Assembly: GCA_030704615.1 (NCBI GenBank)
Contig: CM060731.1
Span: 12,896,001 to 12,960,000 of the forward strand
Direction: 5' to 3'
Origin: Takakia lepidozioides
Lineage: Eukaryota; Plantae; Bryophyta
DNA length: 64,000 bases
This document shows, piece by piece, positions 37,893-52,167 of this stretch (position 1 is its first letter; the number at the start of each line of letters is the position of its first letter). Position numbers and translations under genes: made by a program. Under the pieces are notes generated by a model. That model did no database searches and had not been told where the DNA came from. It saw only the letters and a list, made by a program, of their open reading frames with translations.

Positions 37893-40800
37893 ATGGTGGC
37901 CACACATCGTTCTGATGTAGTGCGGTCACTAGGCCTTGTCTCCCGGATGGGCCGACGCCTGGTTGCAATCCCACTACCCTGGAAAGCGCTTTGCAGTCAA
38001 GGAGGTGGGAAAGGGCTCGCTATGTTGGCTACCCTGTTAGGAGCAGGGAGTATGGGAGTTCTTTTAGTTCTACGCTGCTCATCAGGGGAGAGGAACCTAG
38101 AAAAACTCTTCTCATCGGACCAACGGAGAAGCCGGGATACTGTGGACCAGCAGGAGCTCACTGTCCCTGGTTTGCAAAACGCCGGCAACAATTGCTTTCT
38201 CAACGTTGTTCTTCAGGTAAATAGGTGGGGCATACCACAAAAAAACTCTGAAGGACTTCAAAGAGAATTGTCAGAAAATACCAGTTCTACTTCCTGGTTT
38301 TGTAATGCCTTGCTCTTGGCTTTGATAGCACTGTTGTGCACTGGCTTTGTATTCTCCCACTAGGTTAAGAGAGAATTTATCAGCAGACAACAACAGTTGA
38401 CTCATGGATGTGTGCTGTTTTTCATGTGACCTTTCAAGAATGTGCTTTGGATCCTCTTATGTTTTGAATGGATGCTTGCAGGCGCTAGCCAGTTCCGACG
38501 TGATGGTGGCCTTCATGGAGGAGTGCACGCATGGAAAAAGAAGCCCTAATCTGCAAGCACAATCGGCGACGATGCCGCTTGCAGTGGCTGTCTCTTCACT
38601 TCTTAAAGGTAGAAGAGAATATTCTTCTCTTTTATGAATGAGTATCCAACTGTCACATACGCAAAACCTCTTCTATGTTGGTCCTGCCAAAACACACATG
38701 CAGTTGATTTTGTGGAGCCTGCATATCCATTCAATTGACTATTAGTGATGGAAGCACGGGGATATGCAGAGTTGGCGCAAGGATGTTGTACACAGCGCAT
38801 TGTAAGCCCACTCCGCGTGATGCGTGCACTTCGTCGTTATGTTCATCATTTTGACCTTGCCGCGCAGCAGGTATTTCACAAGTTGATCCTTCATTGAATG
38901 TATCCTTGCTCCGTACAGGACTAAGATTACCGAAATCCCACTTGAAAACCCTAGTTTGGAGTCTTGGGTCCTCTGGTTGCTCTGTGGTGATAAAGACAAT
39001 TCCCGTTATGCAAAGCTGCAAGAGATTGTATTGTGTGGGCTTGTGTACTCGTGGTGACTGTGTTTTTGGAACGCTTATGGTCAAGTTGATATGGGCTGTT
39101 CTTGGAATACTTAAGATGGAAAAGATAACCTCAGGACCTTACAAGCGGTACAACAGGATGCAGCAGAGGCACTTGCACATCTGGCAGCAGGCTTACAAGA
39201 AGAGAGGAACAATTACTTGCAATTGCACAGACCCATTTTGCAGTCTTTTGCCACTGTACTAGGCGAAAGCTCATTGTCGCCACACCTTCTGCAGTCGTGG
39301 CTCCGTTGGCCCTTGGAGGGCACCTTGGGCAGCTTGATGACCTGCCAGCGCTGTGCATTTCAGGTGAGTGTTGTCTGACGTTAAGTATTTCTGATCCATC
39401 CTTCTTTACTTCTTTTCGGAGTGTGCCATTCAGGCATAAGCTGATAGAGCATTCATCAAAGTGCATTCATAGTCGGGATGTGTGCAGTCAGTTAAGAACT
39501 TGCGCCAGCGTTCACCAATAAAATAAGCTGTGACCAGTTTCCTTGAACTTTGGCTGTAAGCAAATCCAGGGCATATTCCCTGGAGGATATATTGACCCTT
39601 GTAGAGTCACTAGTGGTGTAAACATACCCGCATACGTTCATCTAGTTGAGTGTATGACAAGAGGAGAAAGCATACCTTGTAAAGCTTCATTTGGTGGTCA
39701 CATCACAGCACAGCATCTGCTGCTATGAAGGACCTCAGTAGATACCTCCCGTTATGAAATTGACTCGAAATTGTGTGTAGAAGTATCCCCATCTGTTGCT
39801 TCTATGGCCCTGTTTGAAGATGGAATCATGACCCTGATTTACCTGTGTTAACAAGCTATTAGCTGTAAATGAGGTCTGGATCTCGGGGGGATCTTGAACT
39901 TGTACTAAGTCGTGCATGTCGCGTGACCTGCAGTTTTCTACGCAATTCCAGTTTTTTAACGACATTCCATTATCACTTATGCAGCAGGCTGATGGTCACA
40001 TTGTAAGTTTCTTTGTGCAAGCTTTTGTCAGTCACTATTTTTGTGTTGAATTGGACTTCCTGGATTTTCCGAGTACCATGTTCATTGTGGCCATGTGCAT
40101 GAACAGATTGAAGCATGCACACTGGAGGATTGTCTGGACCAGTTCACAGCGCCTGAATGGGTGACGAGTGTTAAGTGCAGTCGTTGTGCACACATGGCAG
40201 CTGGCCATTCACTTCGCACTAAGATAAGCATCAACAAGGTGCTAGCCACTCAAAGCCTGGCACGTACAAAAGTCATTGAGGTACATCTATTGGAATTGCA
40301 GTTGCTTCCTGTCTGGATTTTGGTCATTGATTACTAGGGGCACTATGCCTAGTAGTTTCTGAGTGAATGGACCCAATCCCCAGAAGCAAGAGTTTAAAGA
40401 GCCTAGGTACTTCATGGTAACATCTTTTCTGAAAAAACGATGACTAGTTGTAACTGAAGGCAAGGACCTCCTCTATTGTCATTTTGCAGGCATGGTTGTA
40501 TGTTGATTGCTCCAAGGCTTATTTACTGTCACTGGATCACCTTAACACAAAAATGACAGTGCCTGTGTTGCCTCATGTTGTGTCTCACAGCTGAACAACT
40601 TTTTGCAGGGAGTGCTGAAGATAATAGACAAGTGTAGCTGTGATGACGACTGTGTCTGTGAAACCTTAACTGTGGAGCAAGGTGGTGTGTGGGCACCTGT
40701 TCACACCAATGCATCCAGGCGCCTTCAGATTGGCCGCTCTCCTGAGGTGCTTAATCTTTGGACTTTGGTCTTGCTATCTTAAAATAGCTAAGTGTGCTCG

Positions 40801-42855
40801 GTGACATTTCATCAGAACTCATTGATGCAAACACCTGACTTGCATGGAGGTCACAAATTTGCGTTTGTTAGGTATTCTCAAAGGTTGTTGTGCCTGGTCA
40901 TGTCAGGTTCTCTGTCTTCAGATCCAGCGGGCGGTGATGAGTGGTGCTGGTGAATTGAAGAAACTTACGGTAGGCACCTGGACCAAATTGGGTTTGCTTT
41001 GGTTTGGAGAATGGTAAAAGACTGCTTCTTTTTGTCTGTTTCTAAGCTCTTTCGACTTTGCAGGGATGTTATAGAGTTTCTTTCTTTCTTTCTGTGTGTT
41101 CAACTACACTACTGGAACTTTCTTCCGTCATGCCTTCTGGTGCTCATGTTGGGGGAAGATTGGCTCCACCCATGTGCAGAACCATTTGTCTTAATGTTAT
41201 TCTTAAACTACAAGAATGTCAATGGGTTTGAAAGTACTAGAGTTCACTGACCTTCAGGTACACTTTCTTTTGCCGGCGTTCATCTCCTTCAGTTAGGTGA
41301 GTAGTTTTAAGCTCTTTCTATCCGCATGATGATTTGTGGATGGCATATGTTGGCTGGACAATGTCAGGGGCATGTGTCAATTCCAGTAGTGCTCAACTTG
41401 TTCCCTTATACAGTCGCTGCTCAGGAAGTGCTTGGGAAAAGTACGGACACTCGAGCTGATAGGCATGATGACCCCTTACTCCAAATGGTTGGACAACGGG
41501 GAACATTGTCTCATATCAGAAAATTGCAACAAACTGGGTATCCAAACCCACTGTTCTGTTCAGACCTGGTCTGTAAGGGAGGTGGACAACTGAGGCAGCA
41601 GGAAGTAGAGAATGTGAAAGCTATTTCTGTTGCATCCAACAAAGCGGCAGGGGGGGCTGAGGAGAGGCAGTCCAGTTTTGTCGGTGGAGAGGAGAGTGGC
41701 CCTCATGATAGAGACGAACTCTGTAGTTTTGAAGAAGGTGCTGTCAGCAGTTCTCTCAATAATGTGGATGGTGACGCAACCATGGAAGATAAGGTGGTGA
41801 GAGCAATTCATCCGCTGTACTAGTCTTGATCAGCTACACTCCACCTAGGGAAGTAGTGGAAAATGTATGGAACATCCTATGTTGAAAAATGTATTGCTTA
41901 CCTTGCTCACACTTGCAGTGTCATACTGTCCTTACAAACAAAGCACCTAAAATCGGGTGTTTCTCCATACAGATCTTTCTTCAGCATGCTAGTCCAGCCG
42001 GACCCTCTATTGCTATAAGTGGAGCTTCGGAACCTACTTGTGCTGCTCTCACAGAGCCAGGTACTTATCAGATGACACCTAAATTCCTGCATCTACTTCT
42101 TGCTAAAAGAAAAACAAGATTTATTGCATGGATTTGTGCAAATTGCAGGAGCTAAATGTCCGACATCTTTGTCTACTGCAGCCGTACACAAGCACTTTGG
42201 TTCTGGAGTCCTTCCATTGCAGGGACCTATGAGCCTAGCTTCCCATGCAACAACTGGAAGTGGATGCACGAATGGGACCAATGTGGTGAGACCACACCAT
42301 GATGCTAGGAAGTTGCTCTATGAGCTACTGTCTGTGGTGGTCCACCACGGGAGCTCCCAGAGTGGACATTACACTGTTTATCGTAAAATGAAGCTCCCGA
42401 AGCCTGGCAGTCAAGGGCTGATGTCAGGATGCTCTATGAGTTTTGCAAATACTTCGTCAAACAAGATACCTATAGGAGATGTGGAAGACGCTTCTTTGAA
42501 GGTGGATCAGCAACATGATGGTTGGGAATTGACAATGGATGGCACCAAAGCACAAGAATACGCAAGCAAGCTTGATTGTAGCTTATATAGTAGAGGCAAC
42601 CACAATGCGAACCTTGGGGGTGACAGTATGCGTGGTATAGCAGCTGGGATAGTGGATATGGAGGGGTGTGCACATGCAGAGGATGTGAATAATGGGCGAG
42701 AAAGGAGTGAGCTTCTCGAGGCAGTAGACACCAAGGAGGATGACACTGAGGTTGTGTGGTTTAAAGTTTCGGACACATTTGTGATGCGAGTGGTGGAGGA
42801 GGAAGTGCAAACTGCAAAGGCCAGTTTAGTCTTCTATGAGCGCTTGAAAGTGTAG
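37893..42855 (+). CDS. UBP27: Ubiquitin-specific protease (peptidase C19), UBP27/USP30-like, multi-exon
   Basis: N-terminal hydrophobic anchor, Cys box VPGLQNAGNNCFLNVVLQ|ALAS, QQDAAEA, His box VVVHHGSSQSGHYTVYR, and WFKVSD...ASLVFYERL. Confidence 0.85.
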
Positions 42856-44189
42856 TTGATTGAGGACTGTCATTTGTCGTACAGCGGTTTCAAGACAAAA
42901 CAATTGGAAGAAAAGGGAGTTGCCACCAATGTAGCACCAAACAAGAGGTACAGATTAGTCATGCTCATCTTCTCTGTAAAATCCTTTCAGATTTTGAGAT
43001 GTCTGTTCTAATATGTTCGAGAGGATGTACTAAACAGTCAGGTTGTACCTGGTGGTCTGATGAGTGCAGTACATTCAAAAGAATCTCCGCTAAATTTTTT
43101 ACAGTTGATTGGGGCCAGTGCCCATTTCTCTTCACAGGTGTGTTAATCACATGTATGGTAATTGCGACTGCTATATGGTTGACTGCAGGTGAATGTTGTG
43201 TGCTTTAGGTTGCTGTGTGTGCGCCTGGGGCGACAGGATTGTGCATGTTGTGGAGTGGGGTGGGGGTGGGGGTCAGGATGCATGATCCTGAAGCTGGACG
43301 ACCACATCAACTTGGCTTTGCAGGGCTGCACTTGTCATGGTCAATTGGATGCACATGGAGTACCACAGTCACTACCTCCCTGTTGAGGATGCTGTTGCTA
43401 TTGTGAACATGACGCGCATCATGGCTGGCTTGCATATCAAGCACACCCGAAGTATTGCGGTTCACTCCTTTAGCTTCTCCACATCAATTTTGGGATTTGA
43501 TCCGGACACCGGTGTCCTATCCCTCAGACTCTTTTTCAGCATGTAAAGCCAATGCAAATGGGGCATGGAAAATACTACAGGAGATATCCAGTGTGAAGCT
43601 GGCCATTCCATACTCTTCTAGATGTTAAGTATATTTCTCAGTCATTTGCAAGCACACCTGACTTTTGTACTTGAGCATTGCTCAATCAGTGTGTATATTA
43701 GGAGTTTGAGCGTGAGAAGGGAGAAGGGTTTCAGTCAGGTCTATGATGCTAGGTCATAGAAATTCAAGTCTTAAAAGCACTCCATGAAAGTTTGTCTGTA
43801 TTGGGCAACATACCATAGTGTGTAGAGTGTAGAGTGGTGGGAAAATATGAAGGTTTCAGTCAGTACCGAAGAGAAACTTCGGTTGTTGGAGGACGGAGAG
43901 GTTGAAGAGATTGTGGCAGGTACGGAGGTTGAGAAGGCTGCTGCAAAAACTGCCTAGATGTGATTTCCCCATGATTCCTAGACCCCTCTTTGCAGGCATG
44001 TTAAGTCCAATTAACCTTCCTTAGTGGGCGGCCGACCAGCTTGCTCAGAAAGTGACGATTCTCCTCCCAAGTGACACAACCAACACAGCATACACCCACC
44101 CCTTTTGAGGGGCAGTCACACATGAGGCTCCACAACAAACCAAAGTTTTCTTGCGCACACCAAGACTCACATACAAACATGGACCCAAT

Positions 44190-44960
44190 CTAATGTGCTA
44201 GACCATAAACTCTCCTACCACTCTGCTTCCCAAAGTAGCCCCAGATGCCCATGTTAGTCGCAGTTCTGTTTCTGATATGCTCAAATACATGGGAAACCAA
44301 TTAAACACATAATCTGGCCAGCCTTTCCCCTCCCCATATTCCGCACTATGCACACCAAACTTGTAACCATAGACACTTGGCCTCAATTACTAAGCCACTG
44401 CACACATCCCATCATAGATGGCTTATGGATTGTTAGAGGCAGTCAAGCACTTTGACAATTAAAACTATTATCCCAACATCACGAAATGAGATGGTCCACA
44501 CTTCACACTTCATACTCATCAATACAGTACCACGGTCCACCGCGGCTGCTATATTATATGACCCACCCTCCCCTACTCCTTCCTGGCACTTATATGCTCA
44601 AACATTCTCCTAGACCCTGGCCTACCCATCTGCAGCACTCTCTTCAATATCCCATCTGAAGTACATTGTTCCTCTATCAGGAATTACCTCCTGCCATGAT
44701 CGCTACCCTAACTAGGACATACTAAAAATAAAAATAAATCGGTCCACTCACTGTTGGGGAGGCTAGCACCTGGGTCCACAATGGCAGCCCATGGGCTTGG
44801 AGGTATCCACGCAAACACCCTCAACTCCCTCCACTCTCATATCTAAATTATGTTTCCATGCTTTAGAGAAATCCATCCCACCATCAGATTCCCGATAGCC
44901 ATCAATACCAATAAATGCAAACTTGAAAATAACCATCCCACCCGAGATGCGCATCCTACC
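44190..44960 (-). mobile_element. Highly degenerate LINE remnant
   Basis: An SVDHL-like piece of the zinc-binding motif near 44490-44520 and W-rich fragments. Confidence 0.4.
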
Positions 44961-44969
44961 GTAGGTGTC

Positions 44970-46670
44970 TTTTTTTTTTTTGGTAGAAAGGGGTAGTAGC
45001 CCTTGAGAACTTTATTATAAGTTATTGTGGGGAAAAAAATTAAAACCCCGGATGAGCCATAAGGCGCACACACTGAAGAACGAACCCTTCCTCTTAGTTC
45101 GAGAGAATGATCAGTGAAGAAGATTTGTCTGCCCTAGGGCTGCAACTTAAGGTGAAGCTATTATGTCTGCAGGATCGCCCGACTATGAGAATTCAATAGC
45201 AAAGTCCTAAGCTATGCGTGGTAACCCAATTTGCATTTTATGAATGCTAGACAAGAACACCTTAGGAACGGGTTGCCCAAAAACTATCATTCAAAACATC
45301 ATAGAAAAGGAAGCAAGTTGGGATCGTATGATCCCCTCCAAATTGGATGCACCCTATGAGAACCGAGAACCTTGTTATACCCTGGAAAGTGAAACAACCC
45401 TATCTGTACTGAAGACTGGAAGCCGACGATGAGGGCTTGAGGTGCTTCTTGTTGATATCTCGATTGAACTCAGGAGGCACTGTGCAAGGTCGAGCAATGG
45501 TCACGCCAGCAAGCGGGTGGAAGGTCATTCCAGACGCAGGTGTCGATCTCTAGGGAGTTGCAGATAAGTCCACGGAGGCCCCAGGTGCTCTGGAAGGTAG
45601 CATGAATTGCTGCCGCATTGCTTGAATTCCGTTCAATATCTGCACATGTTTTGGACCAAGCTTTCCTTGATTCTATCCCCAGATCATAGAAGATATGTGC
45701 AAGCAAGGCAGAAATGGTTAGGGTGTCACTCAAAAAGGTCTTTTTGCAATGGGCTTTCCATAGGTGCCAAAGTGTGGAGCTCCTGAGGGTCTCAAACACA
45801 GGGCAAGATATAGCTCTCTGTTTAGATCCTTGATTGTAATTTAAAAGGATGTCTAGGGGGGATAATACCCTAGGGTTCTAGAATCTGTGGAACACTCTCA
45901 CCAGAGGCCAAACTTTGGTTGGCGCTTGACATTGAAGGAGACAATGCTCGAGGGATTCATGATGTTGTGTGTACAACATTTACATAAAAGAGCTGCCTAG
46001 AATTGTAGCCACTCCCCCACTTTTAGCACCTTATTTGCCACTTGCCAAAGGAAGGCTGCTATTTCTGCTGGTCGACTTTTGATCCAAATAGAGCCCCATA
46101 TGGCTGGCTAGTTTTCGTTCCTGAAGCCGTAGTGGTCCCATTTGGCTTCCCACTTATGTTTTAGGCAGTGAAAATTGGAGAGGACTTTGTAACCTTTCCT
46201 TGTGGTGTAGGAGAAGAAGGGCTCAGGCTCCCTAGCAAAACTTCCATGACCACTCCATTGGGTCAAGCTCCAACTCAGCCAGTGGACGACCTAGAATCCA
46301 AACAAAGGTGTTGTAGTCCAGCCATTGCGGCAGTGGCGTAATGAGATCTGGTTTGGGGTCCAGGGGTTTGCCTGGAATCGACCATCCGCATATTCTGACA
46401 GGGGTAAGTGGCCCTGGAGATATGTTCAATGGGTTTATTGAGAGAATGGTAAGAGTGAGGGATGTAGGGTCTATGCTGAATGGAAATATAGAGTGGTGGG
46501 TGGGAGCGATCTCTGTGACAAAAAGAATGGTAAGGTTATTTTGCAGGATGACCAATGCCCAAGAGGGAGGGAAGAGATGGACCAACTTGAAGAGATGCAA
46601 TCCACGGTTGAGGTAGAGAGCTAATGATGTCTTGATAAACAGTGGCCGCTCTAGCTTGTCCATCAATGGG
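44970..46670 (-). mobile_element. L1-type LINE 3' end with poly(A)
   Basis: FLWQVANKVLKVG...ESLEHCLLQC zinc-binding region, STLWHLWKAHCKKTF, and a T-run at 44970-44981 that is the poly(A) tail on the minus strand. Confidence 0.8.
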
Positions 46671-46705
46671 GGCTATGGTTTGTAGTGACTTAAAGGCATT
46701 ATTTA

Positions 46706-47394
46706 CACCGTAGGTTTATAGCAAATTAGGCACTCCAGTGCCTAATAATTATTAAATTTGGAATATCATTAGGCAGATTCATTTTATTATTCAGGCACTC
46801 ACCTAGGTATTTTCCAAACATTAGGCATGTATTACAGTCAACCCTGGATAAATGTTACCTACTTTTTTGTTATGTCACCCCTATTCAGTTTCAGTGTGAG
46901 GCTATGAGAGCCAATTTTACAGAGCCAATTTTACAAAGCCTTTGTTTACAGCCACAACTCCTCAAGTGGAAGTGGAATGGACTCTTAGTTGCTCAGAGGT
47001 ATCAGATTTCTATCTTGATATTGAGGTGGTGGAGAGCATGAGTGGCTACCTTGGAAATTTGCACATTGAAGACTCAAATGTACCTCACTTGGAGGGGGAC
47101 GAAGACTTCAATGATGAGCATATGCAAGATGTTCGAGACTCATTGGAAGGTCCTTTGGAGGTTGTATCGACCTAGGGAGTTGGCCTATACTTTTTGAACA
47201 TTTACGGAGGCATTTGTTTTTTTTTTCCAATAGAAATTATATAGAGTGGGATTTTTTTAGACAATTTTACTGAATTAGGCACTTTCATATTATTTTTCCA
47301 ACCTTTTAGGCATAAATCTTGAAAAATCACAGACTTGCTTAGGCATTTAAAAATAAATAAAATAATTTGTGCCTAATCTACTATGAACCTAGTG
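46706..47394. mobile_element. Non-autonomous TIR DNA transposon flanked by TA
   Basis: Left end CACCGTAGGTTTATAGCAAATTAGGCAC versus reverse-complemented right end CACTAGGTTCATAGTAGATTAGGCAC. TA on both sides and internal TAGGCA repeats. Confidence 0.75.
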
Positions 47395-48738
47395 TATACC
47401 CCTTCCACTACTCGGTAGGCTACTACAGTGTACCCTATTAAGTAATCGAAATATAGGAATATGTTTTCAAAAATTTCTAATAAATATATTACACTTCCAC
47501 TTAATATAGATATTCCGATATTTATATATTTTTCGATATACAGCCCATCCTCGAAAAGAGGTAGTAGCCTTAAGGCGAAGTGGCTCTTAGTTACGACGGC
47601 TTAGGTTAAAGTCTTCTCTCTCTATCCCTTAACTTGGTAATTTCAGTTTGGGAGGCACGGTGGCATATAATTAAACATGCACCCCTGATAGTTCCGTCAT
47701 ATCAATATTTAGGCTTTGTGAAATATATTGCGTCCCAAACCCCCCCTCTAACATATTAGTGTGGGGGAATGAGTAAGACAATTTATGCAAACGCATGATT
47801 GATTAAGGTTCACATTCCTTTTCTAGACATAGACGTTTCTCATTTGTCTCATACTCAGAACACAAGTGTTCATGATTAGACGCAACTTTATAACACACCG
47901 CTTGTTTACAAGTAAGGAGCTTGCTCTTATAGAAGTTGAAAACTCACAAAGACAAATTGGACCACATGAACAAAGAGATACATGTAACAATGACCTTTGG
48001 GGTTTTGTGGTAGCTTAAACTTTTAGACGTCCGAGTCTGTTGGATGCTTAACTTGCTTTGGAATTTGCTTGCTGGTGATGATGGTTAGGTCTTTTTTTTT
48101 TCCCCATTTGCATTTGCGAATTTGTTTATGGTTTTTTTTTGGTTTTTTTTGGGTGGGGGGTGTGGTTTCGTGATACTTGGTTAATGTATACATTTGTATA
48201 TTTTACATATTATATATTTATATATCCAATGGAGTATTTATATATTTTACAATGTATTCAGTTTTTTTCGTTGTACATAATATTTTTTAGTCATGATATT
48301 GTTTTAATTTCAGAATATCATTACATCATACAACTAACCCTATCAATGGTTCGCTTGGGGCTCATAATTCCGTTTTGAAAACATATTGGACTTACAACCA
48401 CAAATATTGTTGTGCGTTTTTGGTGCTCGCATGATATGGTTGGTGATAACCCACCATATCCATAGTAGAGTAATTGTGTAAGCTGAGGTGACCGTGGGTC
48501 CTGCTGTCTGCCCCGCCACTCGTCATTACATGTGAGGCTAAGTGGCACTGGTAGTGAGGGAGAATGCCACATTCCAAACGCGTTGTAGATAGTGTAGCAG
48601 TGGGACGAAATTTGGTGAGGGTCACCATTATGAAGTGCGAGAATGTGCTGTTAGGGACACGCGATACCGTCCGAAATCGGTGGCCATGCTATTTTAAAGA
48701 TAGAGTGCCAGAAAACCCGCCTGTTGGGCATGCTATAA

Positions 48739-49053
48739 GGGCATGACCAGAAGAGCCTCACGAAACAAGCGCAAAACTATCATCTGAGTAGATTTTTTAA
48801 TGCTAAAGCAATAATGCCAGTTTGGAAAAGATTGCCAGTCCATCGGACAACCTGACCCACCGAATTTGACGATAGCGTGCGACTATCGGGGTCAGCAAAT
48901 GAGCAGTAGATGTCGTAGGAGAGTGGATGCGTTTAAGTGGGACAAGGGCTTAAAGAGCCTCGCGGTGTAGCTGGGGACACGGGAAGGCAGCCGAAAATAG
49001 CGCGTGTCATTTTCAAGTTGGCGCCCTTCTTTTAGACACTGCTGGGCATGCTC
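48739..49053. mobile_element. Tourist-like (PIF/Harbinger) MITE
   Basis: TIRs GGGCATGACCAGAAG and GAGCATGCCCAGCAG (reverse complement); TAA TSD at 48736-48738 and 49054-49056. Confidence 0.8.
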
Positions 49054-52000
49054 TAATTGTTAGAGATGTGGGTGCGAATGATTCCTCCCTTGCCCAAGAA
49101 GCATTGAATTTCACAAAACTTGCACAACATCTGCGCAAAGAGCATCTGCGTACTGAATCTAGAATCCCCCCCACACCTTTCGGCATTCCATTAGTAAATC
49201 ATGCGTAACCCATTGGGTGAAAGCCTATTACACTAGGTCTGCCTGCACACCATTGGTTGCTTGCATCTTCCAGATTTCCTTGACCTTCCTCGTTGTGCTA
49301 ACGAGGAGGTTGGGATGCTATAGAGAGATGCAGTTTGTGAAGGGCTGGAGACATCTGTCTAGCCTTCTAGAAATACTTGTTGCGGCCGCCTCCTCATCCT
49401 ATGGGATCCACTATATGAATTCCACATTGTTAGGTAGTTATGCCGGTTTTGACGGGCTCTCTTCCATATTGTTTGAAAATGCGAGGTGCCTTTGAAGGTA
49501 GAAGAAAGAAAAATGACTCATCCCGAAAAAACGTAGATTATAGTGTGTCTCTTCATCCCCACCCTAGATCACCTAGATTATGCCCATGAGGCAAGGAGAA
49601 ACACACGACTATTAGGCAATCTACCCTAGTGAAGGTATATAACCAATTAACAAACCTCTAGTCCATGGGTTGGGGATGGTTTTGGTCAGTCGGCCTAGTC
49701 ATGTGCAGCACCCGACCCCACAACAAAATTAAATTATACGTGCACCATGATACTATGTACCCCAATTCATTTGGCCAGTTTGGGAAGATCGGGCAACCCG
49801 ACAGTGTGGGAAGAGCCAATCTGTGGGACGCAGGAGGCTTGGAGAGGAGGGAAATGACTTGACAGGATTATGTTACATACAATCCCATTAAGTATTGTGT
49901 ATGTGTGCATGCAAAGCCTGGCCCAATATTAGTCCAAACAAGGAATTTACCAAACAAGATAATGTTTTTCTTATGTGCATCGTTGCTCATCATCTCTCAA
50001 GGAAAATGCACTTACACTACTGAACTTGGGTTTGTTGAAGGCAACACTACGCAAAAGGTTCTCGAACATAACACCCATACTCTCAATTGGCAAACGAATT
50101 AGTTTAAATATTTACAGATAAAATATGCAAATAGGATGTAGTTCATTGGGTGAGTAGACTAGACAAAGGCATGAAGAAAAGGATACCAACTGCAAAAAAT
50201 CGGCATATCCAGGTCATGGAATGTTCCACGAAAGTGCAAACATTGGTTGACATTCCAGAATTTTACAACTACAATCAGGCAGGCCCGGTTTGCATGTCAC
50301 TATTCCATGCATTTGGTTAGCTCCTCTTCTAAAGAAAAGACTCTGCATCAGCATCAAAAATCACTAAGACCATGTTGTGCCTTCCCCAAGTGTCATCTCC
50401 TCTCCTTTGCTAAAACTAATTCCATATCAATAACACCTCCCTCAACTAACATCTCTGTTATTTGAAAAATAAATGGATCAATTCTCAAAAACTTCATTTT
50501 GGATGAAACTAGTTTCCACTACCGTATTCACAAAGAGGAGCCATGCCCGACTAGACTAGCCGCTCATCATAGGTAGATGAAATACGGTAATGTACGTATC
50601 TCAATGAAATATGGATGAATGTGAATATACACGCTCACGGGTGGAACCGGCACCTGGCGGTGGAGAAGATGGCGGATGGTCTGACAAGCGAGCTGGTGCC
50701 GAGCTTTTACTCTTCGCTTCCATTCGATCTGCGAGAGACAGTGTGTTACTTACTTTGATCTCTGCTATGGATTTCACTCTCGGTCTGTGGCTGCACTACC
50801 AATACGTACTTTGTAGGAATCCGTGCAAAAAATCCTGTATTTCTGAAGTCATTTTTAACAGCCTTGGTGGAATCGTGGATGTGCTGTAATGGTATACAGT
50901 AGTGTGTAATCTGTTTGTGATATGTTCTGTGATTTTTGGGGGAGCAGCCTGGAGCTGGTAGCTGCTGCTGGTGGAACCCGCCATGCGGTCACATCCTAAC
51001 AGTTTGACCGCTTGCTTTCCTCTCTGCTTGCTCATGGCTCAATAATCCTTGCGGCATCCTCCATCGCCGTCATCTGTCTTCGTGCAAGCTGCAATCAGGT
51101 TTCACTGTATCTGTAACAGTTTCACTGCCCTCGTGCTTCTCTCTGTCCATGTGGACTAGCTGTGTCAACATCCTCCATTACCGGATTGGCTTCCTAGTTC
51201 CCCCCCTACCTTTGCCGTCTTCCAACCTCCGCATATCGCTTGCCAACACCAGTAAGGTCCTACCGACCTTCAGGCCATCCTCCTTTCGATTATGTTGGTC
51301 GTGTGTCCTCCCTCTCCCGTGGCAGCTGTATCTGTACGAATATACATGTGGTAAGGCTTCAGTTGGTTGTACTTTATCTGCTTCAAGGAAATCTGCAGAA
51401 ATTCCTGAAGGATTGATCACCTTCTAGACCAATCCGTCTGCTTTTCTCGAGAGGGTCCGAAATCGCTGGACAGCGAGGTGAGGGTGTTAGTGTAGAATAG
51501 ACAGAGAAGGACAGGACTGAATCAAAGCGAAGCACTGCGAAGGAGCACAGATTTCTCCTGAAAGGATGACGGATAGCAGAACGTTTGGCGGAGAGTGGAA
51601 GCAGGGCGCGAACCTCATAGCCGGAGATGGTGGACAGTGAGGGAGAAGGGAGCTGGAAGTGCATGAGTTTGATGTCTTAGTGGGAATGCGCCTTTGTCGG
51701 GCAGCAGGTGGAGTTGATACTCCAGCTAGGAATAGTATTCTTCGAGAAGTACTTGCATTAAGATTTGGTGAGAGAGAATACTATGGTTTTAGGAAATGTG
51801 CAGCTTGCTTGGGCAGCTTCAATGCAAGGAGGGCTAAGTGAGGACGGATGTGCGCGCTTTCTGGGGACGGAGGTTCTCCATAGAAGGTACAGGGATGGAA
51901 TATGGAATAATCGGGACCGGACTTTGTAGTTGTCGTGTTTTTTTTATGTGACCCCAGTTGTAGACGGGCAGTGGAAAGAGAGAGGACAGTGGGAAGCAGT

Positions 52001-52167
52001 GGAGGTCTTGTCTGAAGGTCTCATGCGCATGCTGGAGATATTCGGTGCTGAAAGGACTGTGAATCTGAGACAGCATCCATGACTAAGAGAAAGAGTTAGC
52101 AGGCGGAGACAACTCTTGTTACAAAGTTGGAAGTTTATACCCAGAGCATTTTGTAGAGAAAATAACC

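Noticed and set aside
50600-51430. Minus-strand gene upstream of the TBC gene (KRP-like SEIQDF)
   Set aside because: Only short ORFs with no supporting domain motif or consistent splice model
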